This document shows positions 34,521 to 47,746 of a stretch of 64,000 nt of DNA, one piece after another. Numbering within the stretch: the first letter of the stretch is position 1; each line of letters opens with the position of its first letter. A program made the position numbers and the translations under genes. The notes under the pieces are model-generated. The model was not told the origin of the DNA, made no database searches, and worked only from the letters and a program-made list of their open reading frames with translations. Source of the DNA: Octopus sinensis (taxonomy: Eukaryota); NCBI RefSeq assembly GCF_006345805.1, contig NC_042999.1, positions 123,752,001 to 123,816,000 of the forward strand, read 5' to 3'.

Positions 34521-35351
34521 TCACTTCTAGATTCATTAATTGTTTGTGTTATGTTTATCAAAGTCTTCCATCACACTTCTGTCACCTGTTCACTGATCTC
34601 TGCCAAATTTGTTTGAGGTTTACAAATGATCAGTTCTTATATGCTGGTCTATTCATTTATTTATTCGTTTCTTCAGTTATTTTTATTACCATTTTCTTTG
34701 TTGTAGTGCCAGTGTTGTCTGAAAGAGTTGATCTGTGATGTGGAGACAACAAGCCACGAGTGGATGGATAACCACAAACACAAACACAGCCACACATACA
34801 CAGAACACATGTATCTACATCCTGTTGACTTGGAGACACTGTCTTCTGTATAATATTTGAGATTTACAATCATATACATTTATTATTTCATTTGAATTTT
34901 CATTTGTCATTTTGGTTTATTATACAGAAACAGGGTTGTTTAGTTCTACTTGTATTTAGATAATGTAGTTGCCATATAATTGTTTTAGTTTTATTTATAT
35001 TTTCTCCCTGTATTACTAAGAAGTTCATTTCACAGCTACATGATTTTGGGGTAATCCTATTTTGCAGCATCTGCAACTTGGGCAAGTATCAGGTTGGGTA
35101 ATACTATATGACAAGAATTTGACTAAAAATGTACAGAAGCCTGCAGCACTCCAAATATTCATAATCCAGTGTAGTGAACCTAGGATTTACCAATCAGATG
35201 AATTACAGTGGGATTACTTGCCCTAAGTAATCTTAGGTACTCCTTACTACTTGGTGCAGTTAGCTTGAATCTCAACTGTACCTGTCTGTTTGTACGGTAT
35301 CAACCTGGATAATTTACCCCTATATACTCATCATTGTCTATACATATATAT

Positions 35352-35540
35352 ATAGGGAGAATTCACGAAAAAAAACAAAAGACAGGTGGTGTAGAAAACA
35401 AACAGATGTATTAGTATAATGCTTGGAAATTGAAAAAGTCTTTAACATTTTGAGCCTACGCTCTTCTACAGAAAGGAACACAGAAAGAAACAAGGAGAGA
35501 AAAAAAATGTGTGTAGTGGCTACCAATCTATCATGGCGAA
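35352..35540. mobile_element. Short TA-flanked repeat, possibly Penelope-like terminal fragment
   Basis: Inserted between (TA)n tracts. Contains TTTTGAGCCTACGCTCTTC, resembling PLE pLTR ends (recalled, not verified). Confidence 0.35.
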
Positions 35541-35575
35541 TATATATATATATATATATCCATTTATCCATGTAG

Positions 35576-35594
35576 GTATCCTATCCTACTTAAA
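35576..35594 (+). CDS. Candidate 19-nt microexon (phase 2-0; YPILLK)
   Basis: CATGTAG acceptor and consensus AA|GTAAGT donor. Confidence 0.35.
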
Positions 35595-36715
35595 GTAAGT
35601 ACACTGTTAACAGGCAAGATACTGAAGTTTTCATCTGAGATTGTATCTCTTATGGAAGTGGTGGTGCTGTATTAAAAAAATACAATAAATATCAGAGAGG
35701 AAAAAATTGTACCAGCAATGGCCTGCAAGAATGTCAAATGCAGTTTGCCCTTCTTGGGCTTTGTTAAAGTAGTGTACACACTACTTAGATGAAATTTGTT
35801 GTTTCTGATAGGAGAAACAGTGAAATAATACCAAAATGAAATAAGTAGTGGATTAAATATGATAAACAAAAGCCCTCAAAGGCATTGCCCTGGCATGGTC
35901 ACAGCCCAGTAACTGAAATGAGAAAAAGAATATACTTCTAATGATCCTTTCCTTAATGCTACATCCTGTAGAACTTAATATAATTGTCCTAAAATAAGCA
36001 ATTATTATACTGAGGTTGATGCTCTTACTAAGATTAAATGGTTTTGTTTATTAAATGTATTTACCTGCTAGTATTAAACCTAAAATAAATGTACAATGAT
36101 GGTGGTGGTGGTGGTGGTGGTGGATATCATCTCTATAAGACTGGGTCTGTCCTCTTGGAAACAGCCTGACTTAGTAACTTGTCACAGTGTTGCATCTTGC
36201 TAGTATCAGTGTAGATATAATATCCATAGTGATATTAGTCAAAACTTCTGTGTTTTGCTAAAGCATAACTGGATGGTGTTGCAAGCAGTTTCTTTTAATT
36301 ATATCGACAACAATATTCATTAATCCTATCACACATACTAGATTGTTTTCCTCTAAACGCCATATTTGATATGCAATATTTCTAAATCTGCAGTTGATTT
36401 ATAGATTAGCTGCATAAATAGTTATTCAATAAATGGGAAAACTTATTAATTGCTAGATTTTATAGGATTATATACTTTTTCAACAACTTTAACCATCAGC
36501 TTAGTTTCACATAAGACTTCCCTAAACATTTCAGTTAATTCATTTTTGGACATAGCTTCAACAAATATTATTCTGTTGAATATCTGTTAACATATCCTGA
36601 ATAAACTTAATCTTTCTCTTACTTCTTATTTTTTTATTTATTTGTTAGTGAGATGCAGTTTAGTATTTGAGTAGATATCTCTCCTAGACAACAGGGCTGT
36701 AAAACTGAAGCAACA

Positions 36716-37060
36716 AATTAATTGAATACTCTTCTTTTTATTATGCTCCTGAGATATAAGAAACATGCATACACTTCAGGACTAAAAATTATAGCATGTA
36801 GCAATCTTCTAAAATAGTAATTCTCAATATTTCGTTTTTGGATTTGGTTTGCAAGATTCTTTATATGAGTTCGTGTGTTGAAGCATATTCTGTTGTGTCT
36901 GGGGAAAGTCATTTTCTTTTTGTGCCTTATAATGTAACACACTCACCGGTAAAATGTCCACTTTTTTCTTAAATTTTCATTGCGTCTTGCAACCTTTTCA
37001 ATAGTCTTGAACAATGCAGTTATGACCACTTTTTTCTTCAGAAACTCATCCTGGTTACCC
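36716..37060 (-). mobile_element. Possible Penelope-like 3' (GIY-YIG C-terminal) relic
   Basis: Weak similarity of the minus-strand frame (H..IC..HIK..IQ..) plus a terminal repeat-like segment. Recalled, low certainty. Confidence 0.3.
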
Positions 37061-37074
37061 AATACTCATAACTG

Positions 37075-37455
37075 TCATCATCATTTAGCGTCCATTTTCA
37101 ATGCTGGTATGGGTTGGATGGTTTGATAGGAGTTAGTAAGGCTGAGGGATGCACCCGGCTCCATTGTCTATTCTGACTTGGTTTCTATGGCTTGGTGCCC
37201 TTCCTAACATCAACCACTCCATAGAGTGTGCTGGGTGCTTTTTATGTGACACCAGCACAAGTGCTTTTTATGTGGCACAAGCACCAATATTAATTATGCT
37301 GTGGTAGACAGGTCTTCTTGAGTACAGCAGGGCGCCAGATATTTCGGTCGTTTGCCATCTCTTTTGTAAAGCTCAGTGTCTTGTGATTGGTCTTCAATAC
37401 TTCATCCCATGTCTTCCTGGGTCTCCCTCTTCCACAAATTCCATCCACTTTAAGA
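37075..37455 (-). mobile_element. RTE 3' fragment (others at ~54690-55010 - and ~60760-61130 +)
   Basis: Matches the 3' coding end and UTR of the 29.9-33.2 kb RTE, including CATCATCATTTAGCGTC. Confidence 0.8.
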
Positions 37456-38284
37456 GATCACTGTTAGAATATTATTCTAAGTATAAGTTTTCACAACATA
37501 ACAGTTGATAAAATCACAATAATATTCAAAACAACAATAAATTTACATATTTGCATAAACTTGAATATTCATGCATGCAAGAGCATTATATCAACACATA
37601 TCAGCTTGATTGCAAAACAATTATTCAAAATCCACAAACAATTTTTAGTTTAATTAAATTAACAAAATTGATGAACTTGATTTAGTGATATCAGCTTTTT
37701 ACAAAATATTTGAAAGTCATTTATTAACTACTTCATTGTTCAGTACATATATATACTTAATGTAATGGTTGAACTGATTAAGAGATACCAGTATTGTTTA
37801 CCAGCATATGTATGTGTGTCTGGCTCTGCATTTATGTAAGTATGCTGGTTGTTCTATCCAATGCATCTGAGCAATACTCTAGACAGTGAAATAGATATAT
37901 AAACACACTTAATAAATAAAGATGTCATGAGACATTGTCATTTAAAGTAGAAGTATTTTCTCATTCTGAAGAGAAGATTTATCTTTGTGAAGATAGCCTT
38001 AGTCAGCTCTTGTAAAGTATGGGTTACCTCTGGAGTGCAAGGAAATTGGTCATGGCCATTTACTTACCTCCAGCTCAATTGATAACAGCTTTGTTTTTCC
38101 CTTGCTCTCACTGTCAGTTTAAGAATAAAATCTGAGACTTTAGTCTTCACTCCTCAAAACAAACAAATTTAATAAATTTTCCTATCAAACTCTTCAAAGT
38201 ATATTATTTTAAAAGGTTCTTTAGGATGGTAAGGAAGATGTAGAAACAGAAACTAGGTGAAAGCCTGTCAAATATATATATATA

Positions 38285-38890
38285 TAATATGGGTGGCTTA
38301 TTAACAATTTAACAACCTTAAAGCAAATTCATAGATGTCACTAAAATGACAGAGGGTACTAAGTGGTACCAGCATTGCTAAAAATAAGAATAAAAATGAC
38401 TCTATAGTCACAAATGCACTGCCTTAATGACTGACAAGGGAGATAATTTCCCTTGCAGACAGCAATATTACCGGCAATTTCAAATTTTGATTCAGAGCAT
38501 CTTAATTCTCATCTGTGGCTCTTCCTGCGCCTACAGTTAAACTTAACTCACCTTGTCAGCTTATAAGAAAACTGTTGAATGGTAGAAGCGAGAACTATAA
38601 ATAATATGGGTGGTTTATTAGCAATTTAACAACCTAAAGGTAAATTTATTGACGTCATTAAAGTGACAGAGGGTGCTAAGTGGTACCAGCATTGCTAGAA
38701 ATAAGAATCAAAACGACTCTATAGCCACAAACGCACAGTCTTAATGACTGACAAGGGAGATAATTTCCCTAGCGGAGGAGCCATATTGCCATTGATTTCA
38801 AATTTTGATGCAGTACAGCTTAATTCTCATCAGTGGCTCTTACCACGCCTAAGGTTAAAATTAATTAACCATATCAGCTTATAAGAAGAG
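38285..38890. repeat. Diverged tandem dimer of a 317-bp unit
   Basis: TAATATGGGTGG starts at 38285 and 38602. Shared blocks such as CTAAGTGGTACCAGCATTGCTA and TTAATGACTGACAAGGGAGATAATTTCCCT. Confidence 0.9.
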
Positions 38891-38999
38891 ATGGAAGTCC
38901 GCAGATGCTTAATCTGGAAAATAGGATGGGTGCAGAAGTGATACCATGTTGTTTTTGAAACTCACTTGTGAGGAGATCTCGGTGATGGTGCCTTGTCAT

Positions 39000-39530
39000 C
39001 GTGAAGAATCCAATTATTTGTGCTCCACAAATTATTTGTTGCTTTTGTCAAATATCCCCCCTTAAATGCTTCAAAACGTCATTGATTGTCCTCCGATGAT
39101 CCTCATGCACAAGCTGAGGAATTTTCTCCACGTTTTTGGGGGTGATGCTTGTGGTAGATCTTCCACATCGCTCATCATCTTTTAGGGATGTCCTTCTACT
39201 TTTGACGCACCCCTGCTACTCAAAACATTGCATACGACCCATTGCCTTGTCAACGTAAACTTGTCAAAGCATGCTCAATCTCTCTGTAGCAGACTTCTAA
39301 GGTTGGCACAAAATTTCACGTTAGCTCTTTGTTCCTGTCTATGACAAAATTTCAAACTACAGCATACATGTGATCACAAAAACACAAATTTCACAACTTG
39401 CAAAATACAGTGATATCCCTCAGAACACTGCTTCATGAAGGTCACTGCTAGCTCTTGCTGAGCACGCAACCACGTGCTTCCATTTGTTGGCATGCTACAG
39501 AACTTATCCGGGAACATTATGATACCCGCC
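39000..39530 (-). mobile_element. Mariner relic (5' part)
   Basis: Minus frame EQRANVKFCANLRKSATE..MLRQVY...DDERCGR...NVEKI. Confidence 0.65.
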
Positions 39531-39707
39531 TATTACAATTTCATTCAAAGATACATGTCAGCAGCCTGGCATGCATTATCTGTAATGTTTCTTAAATCTT
39601 AGGAAGTTTCAAATCTTTCAGCATCATCTAGTGGAACAAATATTAACTAGCATCCTGGTAAGAACAAACCACACTGCTAATACATATGTATGTATGCATG
39701 TATGTAT

Positions 39708-40640
39708 GTTTTTTTCTCTTCTTAATTTAGACTTCACCGACTTGGCAGCAAGGTTCTGAAGGAAAGTATCCTGATTTAATTATCATCCTTTAAATCTTAA
39801 AAAAGTCCTGCAGATTTTTAATCGCAAGTATGGTGTCATTTATAGCATATGAATTCAGGACTTGCATTCTTCCTCCAAGATTCCAACTCCAGCTATACTT
39901 TGGTATGTTTCCTGTTGCTCCAGTAGTAATAGGTATGAAACTGAAAGTGTATCTTGGGTACTGGATTTGCAAACTCCTTATCAATGATCTATAGATGTAT
40001 TCTTTCTCTTGTAGTTTTCTAACCACATACATGTTTAGTGGGCAGCTGATTTTCAAAACTAGGTGATCTCACACAACAATATCTGGCTGGTTGTTTTATT
40101 TTGGTGGTTGTTTTAATTTGAAGTTCCACCAGTATTCTTTTGACTCATCAGTCTCAATATGGTCAATTTTGTTGGTATTCTCTTTTTTGTTATCCTCTTC
40201 CAGACCATTCTGGCCACCGTGTCATGCCTCATAGGAAGATAATATATGGAAAGCATTCTCTCACAGTTGGCAACAATGTGGTTGATGTCTTCAGTTTTGG
40301 ACTTGTACAGCACATATGTACCATCTGTAAATGTTTTCTGCTTTTTATATTGTAGGTACTTGGTGGGGATCTATTGTTCTTGGATTGCATATATGTAGCC
40401 TTTAAAGTAGGACATCATAAACTTGTCATTATGCCATACCAGGCTGCTGACATGATCTATCTCTTCAATAGTTTTTGTTTTACATGCCAAGTACACTTGT
40501 ATTATCATCTTCTCAGTGAACTGGTTTATGTATTTTCTTCTGTTGCTCAGATAAGTAGATTTTACTTGTGCTCCTTAGGGAGAGATCTGTATCAGTTCTT
40601 ATTTCATTTCTCTCCTCAAGTTCATTAGCTATCCTAATTA
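39708..40640 (-). mobile_element. 3' end of RLE-type (R4/Dong-like) LINE: CCHC finger + restriction-like endonuclease
   Basis: EDINHIVANC..M..YYLPMRHDTVAR, N.PDI, KISCP..NV.RK..EKE.IY..L, PITTGATG. Confidence 0.75.
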
Positions 40641-41083
40641 TGTCGTTGATATCCTAATTATGTAAAGTATGTATATGTGTATGTATATAAATGTGTGTAT
40701 ACGTGTGTACGTATGTATGTATGGATGTATATATGTGTATACATGTGTGTGGTAGGGTGGTTGTTTGTACCTGCATCTTTTCATATTGACACTATTCAGC
40801 TTGCAGTGATGATGTTTATGCCCTCATTGTAAAACAGTCACTTTTCATAGAAAATGCTGAGGCTTAGTGTGAATCTTTCATATTAGACATAGAGTATCAG
40901 TGAATTCAAAAAGTGTAGAAATAATATAGATTAATGTCATTCATATAAGTGTCTGCATAGTTAAATGTAACTGTGCTTCTTAAGACAGAGATGTATATAT
41001 ATATATATATATATATTGATAAAAATGGTAAGACAACAAAAGAATGAAAGAGACCTTGATATTATGTAAATAGAGGAATTTAC

Positions 41084-41308
41084 CTGTAAACGTAATATGT
41101 GACAATTATTTGGCAGCCATGATAAAACTCCGAGTTTCGAATGCCGAGGTGGAAATCCACACCGTCATCTCTTCAGCTATCCGGCCATTGGGAAAAAAAT
41201 CCGATGGCCAGTTAACTGAAGAGATGGCGGTGTGGATTTCCACCTCGGCATCCGAAACTCTGAGTTTTATCATGGCTGCCGAATAATTGTCACATATTAC
41301 ATTTACAG
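41084..41308. repeat. 225-bp near-perfect fold-back palindrome next to (TA)n
   Basis: About 108-bp arms (CTGTAAACGTAATATGTGAC... / ...GTCACATATTACATTTACAG) around an A-rich loop at ~41192-41200. Confidence 0.93.
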
Positions 41309-41328
41309 ATATATATATAAATAAATAA

Positions 41329-41375
<47 letters not shown>

Positions 41376-41518
41376 GAAAGATGAATCTTGCAATGAGTTC
41401 ATGTAATTTATATTTATAGGAATCAGTGAATATTTGTATTGATATGCTGTCATAGAGTAACATGGCATGAAACTTTCAGTCCTGATGACTTGTGTTAGGT
41501 TTCACTTGTAAAAGACAG

Positions 41519-41596
41519 CTTTGCCAGACGGCTCTCATGCCTAAAATGGTTGAACATTTACTTAATCTAAATGTCAACAAGTCTCATTATGCCAAA
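41519..41596 (+). CDS. Candidate host exon (phase 0-0; LCQTALMPKMVEHLLNLNVNKSHYAK)
   Basis: AG acceptor, AAA|GTTTGT donor, phase-compatible with the 35576 microexon. Confidence 0.3.
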
Positions 41597-42848
41597 GTTT
41601 GTTTTCAAGGCTAAGAGACTACAGTAATATGCAGAGAAAATATATTGCTGACTCTGACTTCTTTTTCATTAAACTATAATCTGTTCAACTCTGTGAACTT
41701 TTTATTCTGCTATTAACTAACAAAGGCCATTACTTATTTCCTATGACTCTATTGTCTTATTTTATAATGTAAAAAAGATCTAAAGAGGATTTGAAAATGT
41801 GAAAATTATACTGGTAGGTAATGAGAAATGAAGAATTTATATGAGATCAAATAATTGCTTCTTATTTAGGGACAAAGCCAGTAATTTTGAAGGTGGGGTT
41901 AGTTGATATTATCAACCTCAGCACTAGACTGGTGCATTATTTTATCAACTTCAAAAAGATAAAAGGCAAAGTTGACCTCAGTGGAATTTGAACTCAGGAT
42001 ATAAAAAGCCACAACAAATGCCATACAGCATTTTTTTTTTCTGAAATACTAATGATTCTGCTAACTCAACACTTTGTATGAGAGTAAATAATGAAGGTAT
42101 TTATATGCAACTCCAGAAAACTTGCAACAATATTTTTCTTCCATCCTTCAGAGAAACTTAGACATACATGTAAACACACATGCACTCTCACACACACTCA
42201 AAAACATATACATAAGCACACACTCATATGTGTGTGTGTGTGTGTGTGTGTGAGTGTTTGTGTGTGTGTGAGTGTGTGTGCGTGTGTGTGTGTGTTTGTG
42301 TGTATACACATATATATGAAGATGAGATGACAAAGGAATAAGCAATTAGCTTGTGAACTTCATTAGCTAATAGCTGTTTCTGTTATAAGATGCAGAATAC
42401 TCGTAACTGTGCCTCAGTAACAACTTATAGCTTAAATCTAACTCTTTCAGCAGGGGAAGGTAGCGCTGAGGTAGAAAGTTAGTTATAAGAACAATCTTCA
42501 TTCTGAAACCTGTGAAGCAAAATTATGATGTCTTAATCAGAGTACACGGGCAATACTGATTAGGATATTGTGCCATAGTTCTCTCTCCATGCCAGTGAAT
42601 ATATTGCAATATTATGAGACTTCACTACATAAAATGCATGGTTACATCACTAGTCACTAATTATCTGAAACAGCTGTAAAGACTTGGTTTCATCAAGTAA
42701 TTGTATACACAACTTTCCATACAAATACATTCCTTATTCCTGCTGTTGTTTGTCTGTCTTTTCTGATGATGATATATATTCAAATAAGAATGAGAAGCAG
42801 CCCATACGTGTGTGTGTATGTATATGTAAATATACATACATGTGTGTT

Positions 42849-42890
<42 letters not shown>

Positions 42891-44011
42891 AAGAGAAATA
42901 CATGCACATGCTCATATATACATGCACATGTGCACACACACACATACACACATGCACACACACACATGCATATATACATAGATGTATATACATCCATATA
43001 CATATACACATATATAATTATATGTGTTGCAAGGAACAAATTTGAATATTTAGACAAGCAAGTGTAATATATCAATATATATTAGTCTGCTAAATATCGA
43101 TTACATAAAAAAAAGACAATAAATAAATATTGCCTATATAAATAAAATACATAATTCTGTATAATACAGTACAAGTTTTGGTTGGCCATAGCAAATAAAG
43201 TATTGGAGTATATACCAAAGAATTCATAGCTTGTATGCTGACTTTGGCAGTGAGCAATGTCTCTGGCCAATATATTTCTTAATTTTCATAGGCTTTGTTC
43301 AACAGGTACCATGTACTATGGCTGCTCACCACTGTAAACAGCAGATGCACATTCTGCATGTTTATGACTTAACTGATCTAGAAGAAAAAAAAAACTCATC
43401 TATTTTATATAAATGAACAACTACTATATGAAGAGGAATTTTTATATGAGCAGCTTTAATTTTTCAAGTTGAAAAACAGTCAATAAAATCTGTTACTATG
43501 TGAAATTTTACAGAATATATATATATATATATATATATATTTTTACTAGGAATTCTCTAGAGAAACTATTTAAGATGTTAGGCTATAAAGTCATTTGACA
43601 GTTCAGCAGAAAGTTTAGATTTTTACAAATAATTTTATGATGCTATTGCAATTGACAGAAGACCTCACTTCATGAGGGAATGTATATTTATGCATAGGAC
43701 TATTTTGTATGTTTATCTTTTTTGTGTGTATGTGTGTGTGTTTGCATAAGTGTATGTGTTTGTGTGAATGCTAGAAACAGAGACAGAGAGGGAATAGGAG
43801 AGAGAACAAAGTAAGAAAATGCAAAAGTGAGAGAAAGTGCTAATACAAATTTATGCCAGTTGATATTGGCCTTTGGCAAATATGCATTAGTTAACTTTAA
43901 ATAGACACATACAACTGCTGACGACAATTATTTTCTACATGCCTTCGTTATTTACTCTCATAAAAATTCTTCCTCTCTTCACTGATTACCACCAGAGCAG
44001 CTTCCTCACAG

Positions 44012-44984
44012 CCAAGTGCATTAGAGTCTTTCTCTGTTACATTAGAACATCTATTATTACAAATACTAGACAATATCATACTGTATAAAACACCTGGTAC
44101 TAGATATTTCTTCTGCTTGGCATAGTTCAGTCTAAGATTTAAGAGCTCTCAAGTACATTACCAGAGAAAATATCATCACAGACTTGGCAGTGTTGGTCTA
44201 ACCTAACTCACTGTAAATCATAAGTTATTCTTGAGAGGTTCATCTCACTGATAAGCAAAACACACATGAACAACAGATGAAAATCATCTTTTATCCATGT
44301 TTTCTTTTGAACTACAAGCCTGTTCAGCTTCAAACTTAATATGAACCTTGTGAAGCTGTGTATTTAGAAACAAACTGGATATGCCTGCTCTCATTCTCTT
44401 GTGCTGAAACTTACTGCAAGAATTTCATTGTATATTTGGATGGTTCACTTTCCTTCTATGTGCTTCAGTCGAAATAGCTGTTTGTTATAGATACTAGGTT
44501 ATCTGAAAATGTCATTCCATGGGCAGATTATTTATCGAATGAGTACCATGAAAACTTTGACAGGTAAGCACTGACCCGTAAAAATTACTAAAGAGCCTGG
44601 GACACATGTGTTTGTCTACATTGTAGGATGATTAGAATAGCAAAAGACAAGCCAGAAGAATGTTTGAAGTTTAGAGTTCTGTAATTGTTTCTGTGTTGTA
44701 TCAGTGACCAAGAAGTTTAGCTTACAAATGATTCAGTCCTTCTAATTGTAATTAGGTACTGCTTGTTTGGTACAACTGTCCTCCTTAAACCACACTGACA
44801 CTGTATAACTGACCAATGTTTTGTTAGCTTGCAACACTGAGTTTGAACCAAATTTTGCAAACTTGGAGAAAACAACAGGAAGCCACACACACACACACGT
44901 ATTGTTTTATGTTAGAAAGATAATATTTTTTCCAATAAAAACATAATTCTTGTGATTTTATTGGCAAAATGACCCTCTCAAAGT

Positions 44985-45026
<42 letters not shown>

Positions 45027-47746
45027 AAGTGAGTAACTAAGACGTTAGTGTAGCAGACAACCAGCAAAGATGTCGGCAAATCATGTCATGTCTTTGATGA
45101 TCAGAACACTTAACTCTTAAATAACCTAGTCTACCATGATGTCAATAGTTGTATAGTTGTTTTCCCATCAGAAAAAATAACTGTTAAAAAAGAAACTGAT
45201 TGCAAACCTTATCAACAACATAGCTAGAAAGCATCATATAGGAGGGAGTGCATAAAAGTTCTTGGGGTATTGCAAAAGGCCTAGCTGGAGGCCAAACATT
45301 CCAAGTTCTTTTACAAGGCCTAGAAAAACTGAAGCATCACTGCAATAAGTGTGTGAATCTGAGAGGAGAATATATTGAAAAAGATCATAATTAACTAATC
45401 CTCCTGTATTTTCTTTTACCCAAAGCCAGGAACTTTTCAGCACCCTTTCATATACATATGAAACCATAATGTCATCTGAGGTCAGACTTACCCTGACATT
45501 TCTAGACATTCATTTTTTTTTTTTTTTACATTACAAGCAATCACTAAAAATGTCTTGTAACCTTTAATGGTTTACTATGCCATCACCAACTATTTTGCAT
45601 TCATGTAGTATGTCAAGGGAAAAGGCTATATCTAGAAATCACAAGGGATAAAGTATAAACTATAAGGAATAGAAAAAGTGGCTTAATTAGAAATTTAAAT
45701 GACTTTACAAACTCAATTTTCCAGGAAATTACTGTCGATCTATGACGATTGTGTTTTTCTTAGTTTCAAGATTAGTAAGTGTTACTACGATTCTCTTCAT
45801 ACTAACTAATAAAGAAATGCTTATGCATGAGTAATTTAGATGCTCCGTAACAACCCACGCATGTTTGAACCAGTGGAGCTTAGTTATATTCTATTCCTTA
45901 CAATATATTACATTATTCTACCCAATAAAAAGTATTATTCACAATAATGAGATTCATAAATCTGATGAGGAAAATGACAAAACCATAAAATCCAAAATAA
46001 AAATTTATAGCACATTTATTCATACTCTAAATACATGTTATTTTAATGAATTTAACAAAATTGATCATTTCAATCCAATAAAAACAGTTTTACAAAGGCT
46101 GCTCATCATTTAAACAAAATATGATTGTTTGTTTGTTTGTTTGTTGTTTTTTTTTAGTGGGAGGGGACACTAAGTGGAATGTTTTACAATTCAATCTGCT
46201 GTACTGCATTAATAATTAACAGGGGTTTTATAAACAGATGCTCCTTTTTATCATCAGCTGCCAGCAGAGTGGACTGGGTATATTTATTCATACCACCAAA
46301 AACAGAGAGGCTTTCTCCATCTTGTTGTGTTGTTCTTTGTTTTTCTATTATAGGCACAAGGCCTGAAATTATGGAGGAAGAGGCTGGTTGATTACAGTTT
46401 CTGAAATGGAACTTATTTTATCAACCCTGAATGGATTGACAATCAAAGTCAACCTTGGTGGAATTTAAACTCAATACATTAAGCCTGAAGAAATGCCACT
46501 AAGTATTTTGTCCAACATGCTTATGATTCTGCCAGCTTGCTGCCTTTCACATTGTTGTCTTATGTTAACTGTAATTCAAAGTAGCTTCTCTTCAAGTTGG
46601 TTGGCCTACATTGGAGTATTTTAAACCCATGTACCTTCTGTGTCTTAGAATTTAAAAAAATATTTCTACATTTATAAGATTTCTCTTAAATGAGTTGTAG
46701 AGCTGAAAGATAGACAGTGAATCATCTTAACAAAAGTAAAAGCTATAGGAACTTGTGAGAATGAGAGCTGAATTGAAATAAATTAATGATTGAACATTTT
46801 GTTATATGAACCTAATGGATGAGATGTTTCACAATCCCATTTCAAGAAATTATCAATATTTTTAGTGAGGTAGACATAATAAAGAATGTATGAGAAGAGA
46901 AATATTGTATGATAGTGTGACTTAGGTATTGAATGTACAGAGCCTGGAGACAAGTGGAATGAGCATAATCTGTTAATTGTAATGTTAAAAGCATAAAAGC
47001 CATATCAAGAGTGAGTAGCTGAACAGTTTACAGTGGAGTGAGTATGTTATCTAGATAGACAACAAGTGCTGGAGAGAGGGAGTGCCCTGTATTAGCATAC
47101 AAGAGAAAGCTCGATGGAAAATAAATAAGATCATAGTTAGATCTTAGGATATTAAGCTTAATAAAGAGATAACAAAATTGCAAGACAAGTAGAGATACAC
47201 TGTATGGTAGCTCTATCCAATCCAAGTCTGTATGTAAACAAAAGACAGATGGTAACGTGCAGTGCATGCAATGTAAACAAGAAGTAGAAGTGAATATAGT
47301 ACTCATTCAGGTTGATTAAAGTGTGAACTAAAGAAGAGGAACCGGTTGTTTGTCGAGTTAAAATAGGCAGAACTATGTACACTTTTCTCAGGAATATAAC
47401 ACAATAGCTCTACTAGTAAGATTTAAACCCATAAATGTGTAATCAGCTGTCTAGTATTGACATTTTGACTCATAATGTACATTTGTTTAACATCCTGAAA
47501 AGTGCATATCTAATTTGACAAACAAGTTTTATTTCCTTGTAGAAAGAAGTCAGATTGAAACCAGTGATTGGCTTTAACAACACTAATAGTGTGTTATTAT
47601 TCTAAAGCTGCAATTTAAAATGCAGAACAGTTCAAACAAAATCTCCTTCAAATTGTATAGCTAATCATCAGCTTAGATTTATAATACAAGTCTACAAGTT
47701 AATTATAAACAGCTCATTGCTCAGAATATTTTTTTCATGTTACAGG
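44012..47746 (+). CDS. Three joined candidate host exons: 44012-44096, 44491-44563, 47713-47746
   Basis: Good GT-AG sites (CTTCCTCACAG, CTG|GTACTA, TTGTTATAG, CAG|GTAAGC, AGG|GTATGA) with matching phases. Joined peptide PSALESFSVTLEHLLLQILDNIILYKTPDTRLSENVIPWADYLSNEYHENFDSSLLRIFFSCYR. Confidence 0.55.
45270..45455 (+). mobile_element. Mariner relic (3' end)
   Basis: FY..GLEKLKHHCNKCVNLRGEYIEK followed by a TIR-like end. Confidence 0.65.

Noticed and set aside
25560-40640. RLE-LINE pieces at 25.6-27.9 kb and 39.7-40.6 kb as one split element
   Set aside because: On the minus strand the C-terminal piece lies upstream of the RT piece, so they are separate copies.
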